DNA of 64,000 nucleotides from assembly GCF_006345805.1 (NCBI RefSeq), contig NC_042999.1, positions 84,444,001 through 84,508,000 of the forward strand, given 5' to 3'. This document shows, in pieces, positions 13,291 through 26,770 of this stretch. This DNA is from Octopus sinensis (taxonomy: Eukaryota). A program made the translations under genes and the position numbers. The notes below the pieces were generated by a model, which saw only the letters and a list, made by a program, of their open reading frames with translations, searched no databases and was not told the origin of the DNA. Every line of letters begins with the position of its first letter. Position 1 is the stretch's first letter.

Positions 13291-16200
13291 ACTGCACATT
13301 TTCAGCTGTTAATTTTTTACCTAGGTCTCTTTACGATTCTCCACTTGATGGTATAATTGTGTAGTATACGGCTGTCCTCCAAGTTCCAGTTAACTAGCGT
13401 TTTTCCTTTAGTATACGATCTTGAAAGAAGACTAGTGTTTAGTGTGTCAAGTTTTGAGTCTAATTCTACAGAATTCAATATATTTTTAACTTTTGATTCC
13501 TTCGTAGACAAATGCATTAACCATCCAAGCTTAGCATAGTAGAGAAGCATTTGAGTTCTAAAACCGTCGTAAGCAAAACCTTCACTGCGATCGTAACCTA
13601 TAAGTGTAATGGGCCAGCTAATGTTATGTGCAACCAATGATTTGATGTTGAATAGCAGGATGTGTTCCTGTTGCCAATATTAGGATAATTCGGTTTTCAT
13701 TTTGGCAGGATATAGGATTATATATAATTCTTTTCTGACAGAGGCAACAGTATTGGCTTTTGCGAACTTCAGTTTCGTACAGTACCAAATTTGACGTTTT
13801 CATTATTTTCCACGCATTTTCTCGCATACATCAACGAATATCATACGAACAGATCCACGAATGATCATTTCCGTGCATCACCCTGCATTCATCTGGAACC
13901 ATTTGCACCCAGTAGCATTCAGATGTAACTTTCAAATATTCATAGCAAACCATGAACAGTTGCATAAAACACATTCTGCTATAGACATTGCAGATTTTAT
14001 TTATTTGGTAACACATATTCGAAATAATTTCACATATCACGTAAAGAACACACTGGAATGCTATGCCCAAACTAGAATATTACAGCTTCTACACATACAT
14101 ATATCCTGGATTGCATCTAAAAAGTAGGCTATATCCCCGATGGGTCTGCTCACAATAATTCACACAATTTTTCTTTTCCGAAACATTGGTATCGTGGTAT
14201 TACCGCTTCACCCATATTATTAATTATAGTGGTTCACGAGGAAAATTACTGCATTAGTATCACAGGTCAAAGAATGACTACAAACCACAGGGAAATAGTC
14301 CCTTTATCCAAGCCAAAAAATAAAACTATAGGCACTATATTATTACCTTATTCTTCATTTATAGATTAATCAAAATTGCATCAATTTTCAATCATTTTCT
14401 TATTCACTGAAGCCCCCTCTCATAATTTTATACATATATTTGTTCAATAGTATCTTATTGGAATTGTATAAAATTGTTGTTTAATGTAAATGTGAATACA
14501 AATCTCTTCTTGAACTATATTATGATCATAATGATGACAGTACTTCGTCAGCGCTGCGTGCTTCTGAGTATCATAGCCATTATAATATCCCTTTTGGTTA
14601 AAGTGCTATAAAACGTTTGATTAAGTGTTTTGAAGAAACAGATGTTCTTTTTTCTTTTCTTTTCATAAAAGCATGACCTTCACCTGAAGATGATACAATT
14701 TGCGTTGCCAAAGAATTTTCAGAAAAGGTAGAAAGTGAAGTTCCATAGGGCCATGCAAGCTCCTCATTAATTTCACATGATACATGGATTCCGCTAGGAA
14801 TTACTGCATGCCGTTTGAGAAATGCAGAGTTCCATAAAAGAGATAATTGAAGCAACAAGTGAATTTATTGAAGCTGAGCTCTACAATACGATTTGTAATT
14901 CAGAAATGTCATGTTGACTGCGTGATAGGTGATAAAGGAGCATTGATTGAACACTTACTGTAATTTTGACATAAAACAAATTTTATATTTAAATTTTAGT
15001 AAATTATTTTTTCTTTGGAAAATATGCGTGATTATGCTATAAGGCGAATATTTCAAAACTGCAATCGCTTTGGTTAAACCTGTGTGTGTATTTCAGAAAT
15101 TATCCAGTGTGTGGTATAGTAGAAATCATACAACCGCTATACTATAAGTAGTAACTGGAGTCACTAGCATCTTCACCATGAATATTTAATAGTATATTAA
15201 ATGTTAAATGAAGTGATGTTAGCCTCAGGAATCAAGTTGCATTTCATTTCATTTGAGTTTGAGTCCATGCTCAGGCCAAGTCGAAGACTCCACCCTCCAC
15301 CCATTGCGCAAGAGTAAACATTATTTGGTCGACAATAAGGACACTCGTCTCTCCACACCACTTGAACTTACCCATGTTTGCAAGTTTTTTTCAGTAAGCA
15401 TTAGATGGGCGTATATTTCATGAGGGGAATCACTGTCTTTTTGGGAGGTTTATCAATTAAGCAGATAGAAGTTAGGTTTCTTGCATAACCTATTCCGCAC
15501 TTATCTCCAAGAATTATTCCTACAATCTGAATAGGTGCCTCTTGCTCACGGATCTGGACGATGTGTACGCTGAAATTCGTTTGCTGTCGCTGGTGCACTC
15601 TCTAATTTACTTCAATTAGAATAATACCCTTGTTTATACGCTCTTTGACTACTGCGGTAATTCTTGCATTAAATATTGAGCGAGTGAAATATTAAGCTGA
15701 TATATAAAAATGTTTACTCTTTCTCATTGCGTTGTACATCAAGAATTGTGAAAATATCATGAAGATATTGACAAAATAGATTATTTATTGATATATTCTT
15801 CTAGTCATCTTTTCAAGTATAAATAATAATTCCGTTTTTTCAAGCTGCGTTTTCAGATCTCGCCAACATAAAATATTGAAAATCTGTTGTAGAGATAACC
15901 AAGTCAGAGAGTCGCAACATAGATATTTAGTTTCAATGCTTTTGAAATCTACTTAACACAGGTTTCATTTTGACTCGTAGTTCAATGGACAAGTAGTATA
16001 ATACGAGATGCTAACAGCACGACTGTAGGTGAGTGGTTCAAGTGAGATTGTCTCTCAGAGTTTGTTCTGCAGATTAGTTCTGTATCCTTGATATATGCAA
16101 GATCTTCTACACTTCAGACGTCCACGTTCCTCTTGCATGTTAATGACTGCAATAAAATGAAGGGCAAAGACTGAATTCTAGAGGGATATCTCTTGTTGAA

Positions 16201-16470
16201 TAAGGACGTGTGCAAGAGATTAGTACGGGAGCACGTGGAGAAACAATATATCGACGAAGAGAGGAGGATGTAATTTGTATAAGTTCTAGCAGAGTTATAA
16301 GATTATTTCCCATGTTCCATCTAGCAGGAGAAATAAATTAGTGCAAATGGCCCATAGATGATACCTGTTATATAGAACCAAGGATAAATTCAGTTCGATA
16401 TTTAAGAGATGAGGAATTATGTACATTATTTACATTTAATGGATATTTGTCCTCATTTTGTTTGTTGTTA

Positions 16471-16514
16471 ACACAGCGTTTCGGCTGATATACCCTCCAG
16501 CTGTCATCAGGTGT
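16471..16514 (-). ncRNA. Minimal type I hammerhead in the PLE pseudo-LTR, probably inactivated in this copy
   Basis: ACAC-CTGATGA-CAGCTG(GAGGGTATAT)CAGCC-GAAA-CG-CT-GTGT. U16.1 is read as C. The 36.74 kb sister copy has GGCTG, which restores stem II. Confidence 0.65.
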
Positions 16515-16577
16515 CCTGGGGAAATTTCGAACCTGGGTTCTCAATCCTAAGGTATTTTTCCGATGTTGTTTTTGTTG

Positions 16578-16611
<34 letters not shown>

Positions 16612-16618
16612 CATTATT

Positions 16619-16678
16619 AATCGAACTCGGAATCTTGGGGTTAGTAGCCCGCACACTTAACCACTGCGCCATATGCCC
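16619..16678 (-). promoter_or_regulatory. tRNA-derived Pol III A/B-box module inside the PLE 3' region
   Basis: GGGCATA-TGGCGCAGTGG-TTAAG-TGTGCGGG-CTACTAA-CCCCAAGATTCC-GAGTTCGATT. It lacks an acceptor stem, so it is not a tRNA gene. Confidence 0.75.
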
Positions 16679-16707
16679 GTGGGCAATTTTGGAATGGATT
16701 TTAGGGC

Positions 16708-17154
16708 TTATAAATTTACTATTTTCCTATCCTTCCTTAATACCGGTTCCCAAATGCTGTTCATATCTGCAGTCAGTCTGCTTAAGAGGTTGTGTCCTTG
16801 CATATGTACTGCTTCTTTTAGTTTTCGTATTTTCCAGTGGTGTTCTCTGTCTATCATTTTATCTTCATCCGACAGGGGGAAGTGGTCTCCATTTTTCCAT
16901 ACATGATCAGCTATACCCGATTTATCAATATCTCCTCTTGTCACAGCTTTGCCATTTTTCTCTACCCTTATTTTGAGGAGGCGGCATGTTTCCCCTTTGT
17001 ATAACCTACCACAGCTGAACGGGATGGAGTACACGCAGTATTTGGTCATATTCTCTTCTATTGGTAATTCTACTCGAAGGAGATATTTGCAAAGTGTTGT
17101 ATTACTCTTGAATACTCTTCTGATGTCATATGGGTCGCATATTTTTTGTATCAT
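16708..17154 (-). pseudogene. Penelope-type GIY-YIG endonuclease domain
   Basis: 148-aa ORF with VYSIP-x-S-C-GRLYKGET, R..E, IADH, RKLKEAVH. Confidence 0.85.
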
Positions 17155-20100
17155 TTTGGAGAGTCCTTTTACATAGGGTAGACAGACTGTGGGCAGTTTA
17201 TTGGTTCCTTCCTCTCATTTCTTCATAGTTGGAGTGGATAGTATGTTTTTTGGTAGTCTTGTTTCTCCCATGAAGGATCTAAGTTACACACTGTCCCTCC
17301 CGATAAAACAGCCGATCCCATTGTACTCTTGAATGACCCTGTATTTCAAATTGATTTATTACTGTCAATTCTTTATATAAGTTTTAAAACACTCAGAAAA
17401 AATAATTTAGTATGTATGCTTCCCCACTCAGCATATATATTCTACCATATGCCCACCATCAATATAATTTATATAGTTTTATATATGCACACATATATAT
17501 ATCTATTTATATATACACACATATATACTTCTTACTCATATTCTTACTTTATTAATAGATGATGGGTTGAAAGTCTAACCCACATACAATGTAGTGCGTA
17601 TAATTTAATATATCCACATATGTGTATATAAAACAGCACAGACCCATATCAATCTATACATGCACATATATGTATTTCTTACATTATTCCTATTATACAG
17701 GCAGAAAAGAAATGGTATAATAAAGTATAATTACTATTTTAAAGACAGAAATAAAAGAAAGTAAAATAAAATATAAAAGTTACGTGCATATATCTAGCTG
17801 TATAGGTACATATGAACATTTCATACGTTGTAATTGTTTATTAAAAACAGAAACCGTTAATGCAGTATGATACAGTGACATAGATATATAATATACTGAC
17901 GTATGAGTAAAATAAATTCTATTTAAATCATAATTTACAATGACTATAACTGGTTTTGAAACTGGAACAAGTGTGGGGTCGGAGCTGTCAGCACACGAAA
18001 GAAAAGCGAAAATTAAAAGGTTGTATCAGCTGCAAAAGAGCAATAATCTTAGTAACTAGCGGTGTTGCATTCTAGATTTGTTTGGCAGCGGATTATATTT
18101 ATATTATTGACATTAAGATTAATTCGGTAACAATTTCTCTCAACTCTTTGTCGTAATTCATCTTTATTATTTCTAAATGTTTAAAATTAACACAAACTGG
18201 CATCGCGTGGGATAATTTACTAATACTAAATTTTACAATTAAAATGGCGCTTTTTAATATACTTTCATCTGCATGGAAATATCCACTTTATAGAAAAATG
18301 TTAAAAACCCGGGAGAAAAAAATGACATACGAGATTAATTTTCCATTAACGGTTCGATAATAACAAATATAAGGTTAAGAAGAAAATCTATAGAAACCCT
18401 TGATGAAACACGCGATTGCTCTTTCAACACAGACGAAAGGTTGAAAGTTTACCAAAGAGAAGTTTATACTAGTTTTGTGATTAAATTTTGCCACCAAGCA
18501 GATTTCCAAATTGAGGTCATGAATAGAGTAAGTATAATATCCATGATATCTACTGTACTACAGTTACTTTAAGCGAAAATTTCTGAGTAAAACACTAAGA
18601 ATATTGCTATACTTAATTTTATCATTATACCAGTTGTACGTCTAATTGTCATCAATGCCGGTAATGTAAACATATCGAATAGTTTCAATGAAAACTCTTC
18701 CTCAAGGCAGTCAAAATTGTTATAATGATAGATAATACTTGGGCTTCTTATCCACGTTCCCAAACCATAGTTACTGATATTTTATGTATACGCTTGGTGT
18801 GTGTGTGTGTTTGTTTTTCTGTCTCTCTATTTTGCTATGTGTGTGAGTTTGCGTGAAATGTGAGTTCACCTAAACTACCTTAATTTTTTTTAATATTTAA
18901 TTTTTTTTAACAAATCCATTATCTTAATATCTATTGCATGTAAATATTTCAGACACTTTTTTTAGAGGAGAAGTATTTGGTGTAATTTAAGTGCACTCTT
19001 TTTCATTTTTGTTAAGTGTTTCTAAAACGTGATGCACGTCCGGATAGGTTGTCTCAATGAAAATATGATAGAAAATGTAATTAATACAGTAGTACGTTAA
19101 CCTTTATGCGACAGGATATGTACAGAGTATTGGACGGAGACTATATCGTTATTCAAAGCAATGTGATGATCATCAATAGCCGAGATGTAGAGCAAGAAAA
19201 AATTGTTCATGCCTGGTTTTTGTTGGATAACAGTACGTTAACAACTATCAAGACTTTAATTTTTTTTAAATGGACATCCAATTGTATTCAAACTGCGTAC
19301 GATTTTTCCGGTCTTTTAATTCATCTTCCTTCTGCAATACGTCACTGATTTACCTAAATATTGGCTATTTATTTATTTCATTTCATATAGTAAGAACATC
19401 TGTCATGCCAACAAGTGAGCAATATTGAATTGGATATTATTTGATTAAATTGTCAAAGATGAGTTTGAGTTTGTGTTTATATAGTTATAACATCATATTG
19501 GGATTATAACATAATGTATTATTAGGCTGTGTTTTGGAGATGAAATATTTTCCTTTGATACGTACATGTGCATCACTTACCGACTGATTTCTTTGAACTA
19601 GAAAACTAGGCTACTAACACATGTACATATGACGCAACATATTCAGATCATTTGTTTGTATATTACTGTATTTGTGTCACTCAAGAAAATGCTCGCAACT
19701 CAAAAAACATGGGGAAATCAAAATGTGAATGGAAATGAGAAGTAGGATAGTGACACTGGCGTAATCATAATTTATCAAAATCACTAGAGACCATAACTGA
19801 TTCGTTGAAAATCTTATTCGTGTCTCAAAGTGACTCAGAAGAAAAGTAAAACAAATTTTTAAAAAAAGAGAAATCAACACAAACCATGGAAATCTGTCAT
19901 CCAATTAGTAATAGACAGTTAACAGAAACTGAAAGGACAGTTAACGAAACTGTAAGGAATAAAGAGCTACTTTCACTCATACCATCAACGGGCACTCTTA
20001 TTTGGACATCGTTGTTTAGTTGAAAGTTGAGAAGACAGAGAATAAGACATGCGTATAAGAGCGGCAACCGTTCAAATTCGAATATTTTAAAACAGGAATC

Positions 20101-22898
20101 AATTCCATCTACGATTTTATTAGGACTGTAGCATCATATTTTGTATCTGCAGGCAACAATAATACTAATAAAGTGAATGATGCACCCAAACAGCGACGAC
20201 AATCATAAACAGAATCACCTACTGTTTTAATTCGCATTTTCAGATAGCCAATAACCAATGAGAAATGTATTTCACACTTCAGAATTTGTCGAATAATGAT
20301 AAGCATTATATCAACTTTTGATAATAAGCAGGGAGTTGCTTCTCCTCAGTCCAGTAAGTATAATCACAGAACTCCCGTGACTGTACGTAAGTTTGCTGTT
20401 AGTAATTAACGTAAGAGTATAAGAAATATCCACTGGTACATTCCCAGAAAAAGTGAAAAAAATATTTACATGGAATGTCAAAAGCCTACTAATTTGAGAC
20501 TAACACCAAAACACAAAGCATGGGAAAGGTAGGTAGCTATTGTTCATCGTTAGGATATATAATCATTCGCATAGGCTGCCGAATTTTTTCGGTTGGTACA
20601 GAGTTCTTTTAGTTTATATCAGCAAATACCGGGACACATAAAGAATGAAAGAAGACATCGGCTAATAGTTTTCAAATTTGCTTTTCTTGCGATAAATGCA
20701 AAATGGAAATGCAAAACTAATGGAATGCAATGAAAATGTAAGTGCTGATCAATTTGGTAAATGCTTTTTATCGTATAATATCAAGCGATAATTGCGTCGA
20801 AGATTATGTTAAAATAGATATAAGCGAGACAGTTGCAGATATCGCAAAATAGAATACTAAAAAATCTGAATAATAGATTGCAATTTTCTATCCAGCATGC
20901 TTAATACTCTTATAAAATATAATATTTCTGCAATCCATTTAAGAAAATGGTAACTATCAAATCCCATTAACACCGATGATTAATTTACTACTGTTATATA
21001 CTAACTGCTGATAGACATCGTATACGAACAAAATGGTGCTCAGTATGTTAGCAACACTGAAATACAACTACATATATGCGCATCCTCACTGAATCAATAA
21101 AGAACCTTTGATCATTAGTATTTTGCAACATGTTATGTATTTTAATGAGATATTAAATGAAGGCTACAAGGTTAAATTTTATAATGAATAAGTTTAATAA
21201 TCTGGGAAAATCTGAAATAATCATTATAACAATATTTTGAGACACGCTGAGAGAAATGGTTTTGAGACTAAGAGCAACACCGAAAATCAAAAAAACCGAG
21301 AAGTCTATTGCTGGAACAGAAATGACCGAAGCTAGATATTCGAGCATGGGTATTTCTAGATCATACGCAACGGAACATAAAAAAGGAAACTTCGTTTTTT
21401 TATCCACTTCTATTCAGGAGAGATATCATTTCAGAATCATGTTTTCTAATAAACAAATACGAAAGAATGATAGAAATTATTAGGTGATGCGTTGTTATCT
21501 TTCAAATTGTTACTATTGACAACGATAGAGTATTAGTGCGCGCAATATAAAATATTAGAGTGTACATTCAATAAATGTTGCACATCAATCCTACGTTCAA
21601 GGAAAATTTTACATTCGCTGCCGTGTTTCTATCAACTCGTATATTTCTCTGTTTCCATAAGCTAAAACTTACAAACGCATTTAGTTAACCACAGGCATTT
21701 TACTAGATTTATATATACAAGCATTTAGTTCTTAACAAAACATAACACCATCACCTATCATAGAAATAGCACCAATTAGTAATTTCAAATATGGATATCT
21801 GTCTTAAATGCACTATCTCAAAACTATCTGAAAATAATTAATGTCGTTTCCTTAGTAGTTGGTATGTTTGAATTAAATTTACTCGCGTGACATTGATATA
21901 ACCCTTTACAAAAAACATTCGCCTAACAATAGCTTTACTGTTCTTTCCTACATAAATGTGAGCCTTTGTTCCAATGCAGTAAAAGTCAATATTTATATTT
22001 TTAGATAGATAGACAATTGGCGAAACATGTTTATAATTAATGAAAATGCAAAAAAAATATAAGTAAATAAAACAAAGCAAAACAAAGTTATGGAAAAAAA
22101 TATCATTCTAAAATATCTTAATCATAGATTCGATATAATCGATACCATATTGTCTTCTGAATAGTATTTCCTGTGATTGTTTTATATTGATCTTCAAATC
22201 TCACAATCATTTCATCCGCCACCGCTTTTATCTTGCATGTTTTAATTTTCTACTTTCTTTACATTTTTTAAATTTCTTTTTTTTACATATTGTTGATGGT
22301 TAAATTCTTGAACTTGCTTTTTCCTCATGTTTGGAAATGGTATTGAGTCCACGAAAAAAAAAACTATTTAAAAAATTTGGTAATCCTATTTGATAAAAGG
22401 ATACATAAACAAACAAAAATTCCATTAAAATCGTTTCGTTGGAAGGAAATGAAGTCAAACAAAAGAAAAATAATGAATGAAAATATCATAGTATATGTTT
22501 TGTCTTCTTGTTGATACTTTCCCCTAGATTAGAAAATTAATGAAAACAACAGATATAAAAATAATATCAGATTCTTCCTAAAAGGGTAAAACAAAACTAT
22601 GGAAAATATCACGATAAAATGTAAAATAAAAAAAATACATACAATGGCATCAGATTTGTCTTTTATTTTCAGTATAGATATACACTTATGTTAATGTCTC
22701 CACGAGTCAAAGAATTTCATAAACAACATTTCTGGCGTTCAACAATGTTACTCGAAGAGATGCAGTTAGACAGCCTCCTCACCGTTCTTTATGTTAGTGT
22801 ATTACGTGCATTTTCTGTTCTAAAGATTTTTCATATTCAGCATACACTTTGCATATATGTATGTAAATGCTGGGCGGTGAACGTGTATGTATATGACT

Positions 22899-22950
<52 letters not shown>

Positions 22951-25813
22951 ATGTGTGTGTGTGTATGTGTCTGTGAGTGTGTGGGTGTGAGTGTGTGTGC
23001 ATGTGTGTGTGTATGTGTGTGTGTATGTGTGTGTGTATGTGTGTGTGTGTGTGTGATTGCCGGTCACTTAACTTTTGCTTCAGTTCTTCCGTGTGGCACA
23101 TCTTTTGCACAGAGACAACATTTACAATTACATAACAGCGTTACATTGGTTTGAAATAAGCTATTAGTTTAACGCTCTATAGAGACAATAATTGGGAGTA
23201 TTTTTCGCACAATACCAATGAGGTTTCCGTTTTCCTTGTTCTGAATAATCTCAGAATCTTAACCAGCAAGTCGTATGTACGTTTTTGCTATGTTAGTGAT
23301 AAGCACGTAAAATGATGCATGGTTATTCGTAAGAACTCACAAATCTTGCACAGAATACAATAATCCGTTAATCCATATTGTCCTCTGATTATAATCTGTT
23401 TCTTGTTTGATACCGAAGAGCTTGGTATTTTCAGTATGAAACTGCAGGTTGTTTTGCTCAGTCTAGTTGTAATTTCCATTCGGATGCTAGAGCAAGTATA
23501 TGCTATCATAAGTCTTCATGATTGCCTTTGATACTGTTGTATCATTAGCGCATTTGGTGAGGCTTGATTGCATAATTATTTGAAAGAGGCACAACAAATA
23601 GCGGTCCAACTATCTCTACGTGTTAAAAACGTGTATATATAACGTGTAAAGGAGTTCTTTTTAAATTTCAAAAATATATCCTCTCCTTTTCTTTACTTAG
23701 ACATTTGGATTACTTGCATATTTATTTGGATGATTCTTTCACCACTTTACACATTACACTTAATCTGCTACTTGTAAATTCTTTCTTTGAGGTGTAATCA
23801 AATACATTTCTGCAATATCTTTAACCTTGTTGTAACGTTCAATTTGGTATTGTTGCGTATTCTTATTTATAATATATAAGAGATTGTAATTTCAGTATAT
23901 CAATGCTTTGTAGTTAGGGTGTTGAGGACAAATTACCATTTCTTTTTAATGATGAATTGTGGTTGTAATCGACTGTGAATTCTTTGACCATAAATCCAGA
24001 CATCTCTACTTTCTCGACCTCCCGCAACTTAGGGATTATTCTATTGTACCAATGTTTAGAAACAGTATTTCAGAGAATCGCTCAACTATTTCATGCATGT
24101 TAAACATATAAATTAGCCTAAAAAATATGAAAATGAAAAAAACATAGAGAATGATATACGACGAAATTTCACATCAAAGCACGAATGTCAGAAAATAAGA
24201 GATGTGATCAAATATTCCGTGTAGATATTGATGACAAAAATACATTTAAAGATAATATATATAACAGAACCAATAAAAAGAAAAGAATTTAATTTTTATT
24301 CCAGTAAACAAATAAAGAGGTTTGTATATTTTATTTATTTATTTCGATTTTCTCGACCTTTCTCATTCATAAAATAGCCATTAAAAAAGATTTTATTCAC
24401 CCTTGATAAGAATTTCTTCCATGTTTTTTTATTTGTCTTTATATCTAGTCCACCTATCAAAAGATCTAAAGGAAAACACGTTTGGCACGACAACAAAAAC
24501 GCATATGATCAATCCAACCTCAGTTTTATTTCTTCCTAAACTATACATGGCGTTGACATATATGTTGTCATAGCACCATCTGTTCGAACACTATCACCTT
24601 AAGTAATAACATCAACAACAATCGACAATTTTGAAGTTATTAATATCATTTTGATTAAAATCAATGTTTTTACAACCATAGCCCACCATTACCATTAATA
24701 TCTATAATAGCACGCCAACTCAATCGCCTTTTCCTCCATTTTTTGCGACTCGTCACCATCTGTATTAAATTGCAAATGCAACTTCAACAAAACCTTAAGC
24801 TTTATCTCATTCCTTACCAACAATCTAGACAAACCAGAAAAATGATAAACAACACACTATTTTCCTCTTATATTACTATCACTATCATCAAATACAAGAG
24901 AAATCACAAGCTCTGTCATTATTGACTACCATTCAGACACTATTTTCACCACTACTATTATCATGAATATGAAAATTAGTTCTGATTCAAGTAGAATCAG
25001 TCATTGTTATCAGCACTAAACAACACCATCATAGCCACGAATACAACCAATGCACACGACCCAACCATCACTAACTTAACCATCCCAACTCTGATTTTCA
25101 ATGTTAAACCTTCGCTCACAGTATGGCCTATATCGTCAGCTCAAACACATCATAGATTGGGCTCCATGACATGACTAATAGTCAGTATCCTGGAAGATCA
25201 GATAATATGTGAGAGGTGGACTTGGGCAATAACCATAAATTCACTTATATTCACAGTATACTAATACCAAAATTATGCAAATATTGAGCAGGTAACGCGT
25301 TACTATATACACTATGTCCAACTTCAGAAATAATAGTAGGACGAGCAATGCTTTGGAACACAAGTCGTCTTGAGTTGAAAGATTTGGGCTCAAACACAAC
25401 TACAAAAACCGTCATATCGAATGTTATTGCGAGTTAAACCAACACTGCAATCATCGAGAAAACTTTAGCAACAGCTAAAATCAGTAGAATCATCTTTTAA
25501 ATTTCAATATTTCAATGACTTGCTTATATGTGAACTCCCCATTACTTCACTTGCATAGAACACAGAACTCACCACCAATAAGTATTCTTTTATTCTTTTA
25601 CTTGTTTCAGTCATTTGACTGCGGCCATGCATGAGCAACACCTTTAGTCGAACAAATCGACCCAAGGACTTATTCTTTGTAAGCCTAGTACTTAATCTAT
25701 CACACCATTCTGCCGAGCTACTAAGTTTCGGAGGCGCAAACACACCACCATCGACTGTCAAGCGATAGCAGGGGGACAAACATAGAGACATGAACACGCA
25801 TAAGCGTATACAT

Positions 25814-25897
<84 letters not shown>

Positions 25898-25898
25898 G

Positions 25899-25948
<50 letters not shown>

Positions 25949-26091
25949 AGTAGTTGAATGAATTATCTTATTAAGGATAATTCGAAAGATAACCGATACC
26001 TGGGTAGCAAATTCACATCAGAAAGAACACGGTTGAAGCTACGTCCCTAGGGCATAGACTACGTGTCTTCGTGCGGAAATTTGTATGTTTA

Positions 26092-26443
26092 TTTTTAAAT
26101 TATAAGTATATGAAAGAATGGAGTTGAACGACTAATTAACAAATATCCTTTATTCTCGACATATGTTTCGAAGGCTGCATATTCCTAATTCCGAAGGAAT
26201 AAGGAGTATATTATGCAGATTTCTCATTATCACCATGGGCTCCTTGAGAGCGGTCAGCTAAAAGTTTTTGTGTATTTTGATGTCGACATAAGTTCCTTGA
26301 TTTTCCTGATGAGAAATCTGCATAATGTACTCCTTATTCCTTCGGAATTAGGAATATGCAGCCTTCGAAACATATGTCGAGAATAAAGGATATTTGTTAA
26401 CTAGTCGTTCAACTCCATTCTTTCATTTACTTATAATTTTAAA

Positions 26444-26445
<2 letters not shown>
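26092..26445. repeat. Fold-back: ~136-bp inverted arms (26092-26227 / 26309-26445) with an 81-bp spacer
   Basis: Arms differ at only a few positions when aligned by eye. Confidence 0.92.
26295..26389 (+). ncRNA. Type I hammerhead ribozyme candidate with extended stems
   Basis: CCTTGATTTTC-CTGATGA-GAAATCTGCATA...TATGCAGCCTTC-GAAA-CATAT-GTC-GAGAATAAAGG. Core at 26306-26312, GAAA at 26367-26370, GUC at 26376-26378. Confidence 0.8.
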
Positions 26446-26529
<84 letters not shown>

Positions 26530-26770
26530 CCAGGGTTTCTTTTAGTTTCCGTCTACCAAATCCACTCGCAAGGCTTTGGTCGGCCCGAGACTATATAGTA
26601 GAAGACTCTAGCCCAAAGTGCTACGCACTGGGATTGAACCCGCAACCAAGTGGTTGGGAACCAAGCTTCTTACCATACCTGCGCCTATATGTATGTGCAC
26701 AAGATTTGACTTTTATTATATATATGAGTATGGCAGTTTCTACACATCCATCCATACATAAAAAATATAG

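Larger units (their letters stand above)
16391..17335 (-). mobile_element. 5'-truncated Penelope-like element: linker, GIY-YIG endonuclease, tRNA-like box, (AAT)n, hammerhead-bearing pseudo-LTR
   Basis: VCLPYVKGLSKMIQKI...VFKSNTTL (PLE linker) then CVYSIPFSCGRLYKGET (GIY-YIG). The 3' terminal region is shared with the 36.6-38.2 kb copy. Confidence 0.85.
25583..26686 (-). mobile_element. SINE family B (tRNA head 26529-26686, internal (TA)n, tail 25583-25790) interrupted by a ~500-bp insertion
   Basis: Head aggcgcaggtatggtaagaagcttggttccc...gggttcaatccc and tail ...catggccgcagtcaaatgactgaaacaagtaaaag. The same head-microsatellite-tail order is seen at 41.4-41.87k and 42.4-42.83k. Confidence 0.8.

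Noticed and set aside
13317-14127. Cluster of short Cys/Trp-containing minus-strand ORFs that look like a decayed coding region
   Set aside because: I recognised no motif; a profile search would be needed.
14598-16260. Candidate host exons at 14.6-14.9k, 15.4-15.6k and 16.0-16.2k (also 20.15k and 47.25k)
   Set aside because: Splice-like sites exist, but the frames close quickly and give no recognisable protein.
25952-25995. Hairpin gaattatc/gataattc between TTGAAT and GAAA
   Set aside because: The core spacing is wrong, and there is no stem III, NUH or stem I.
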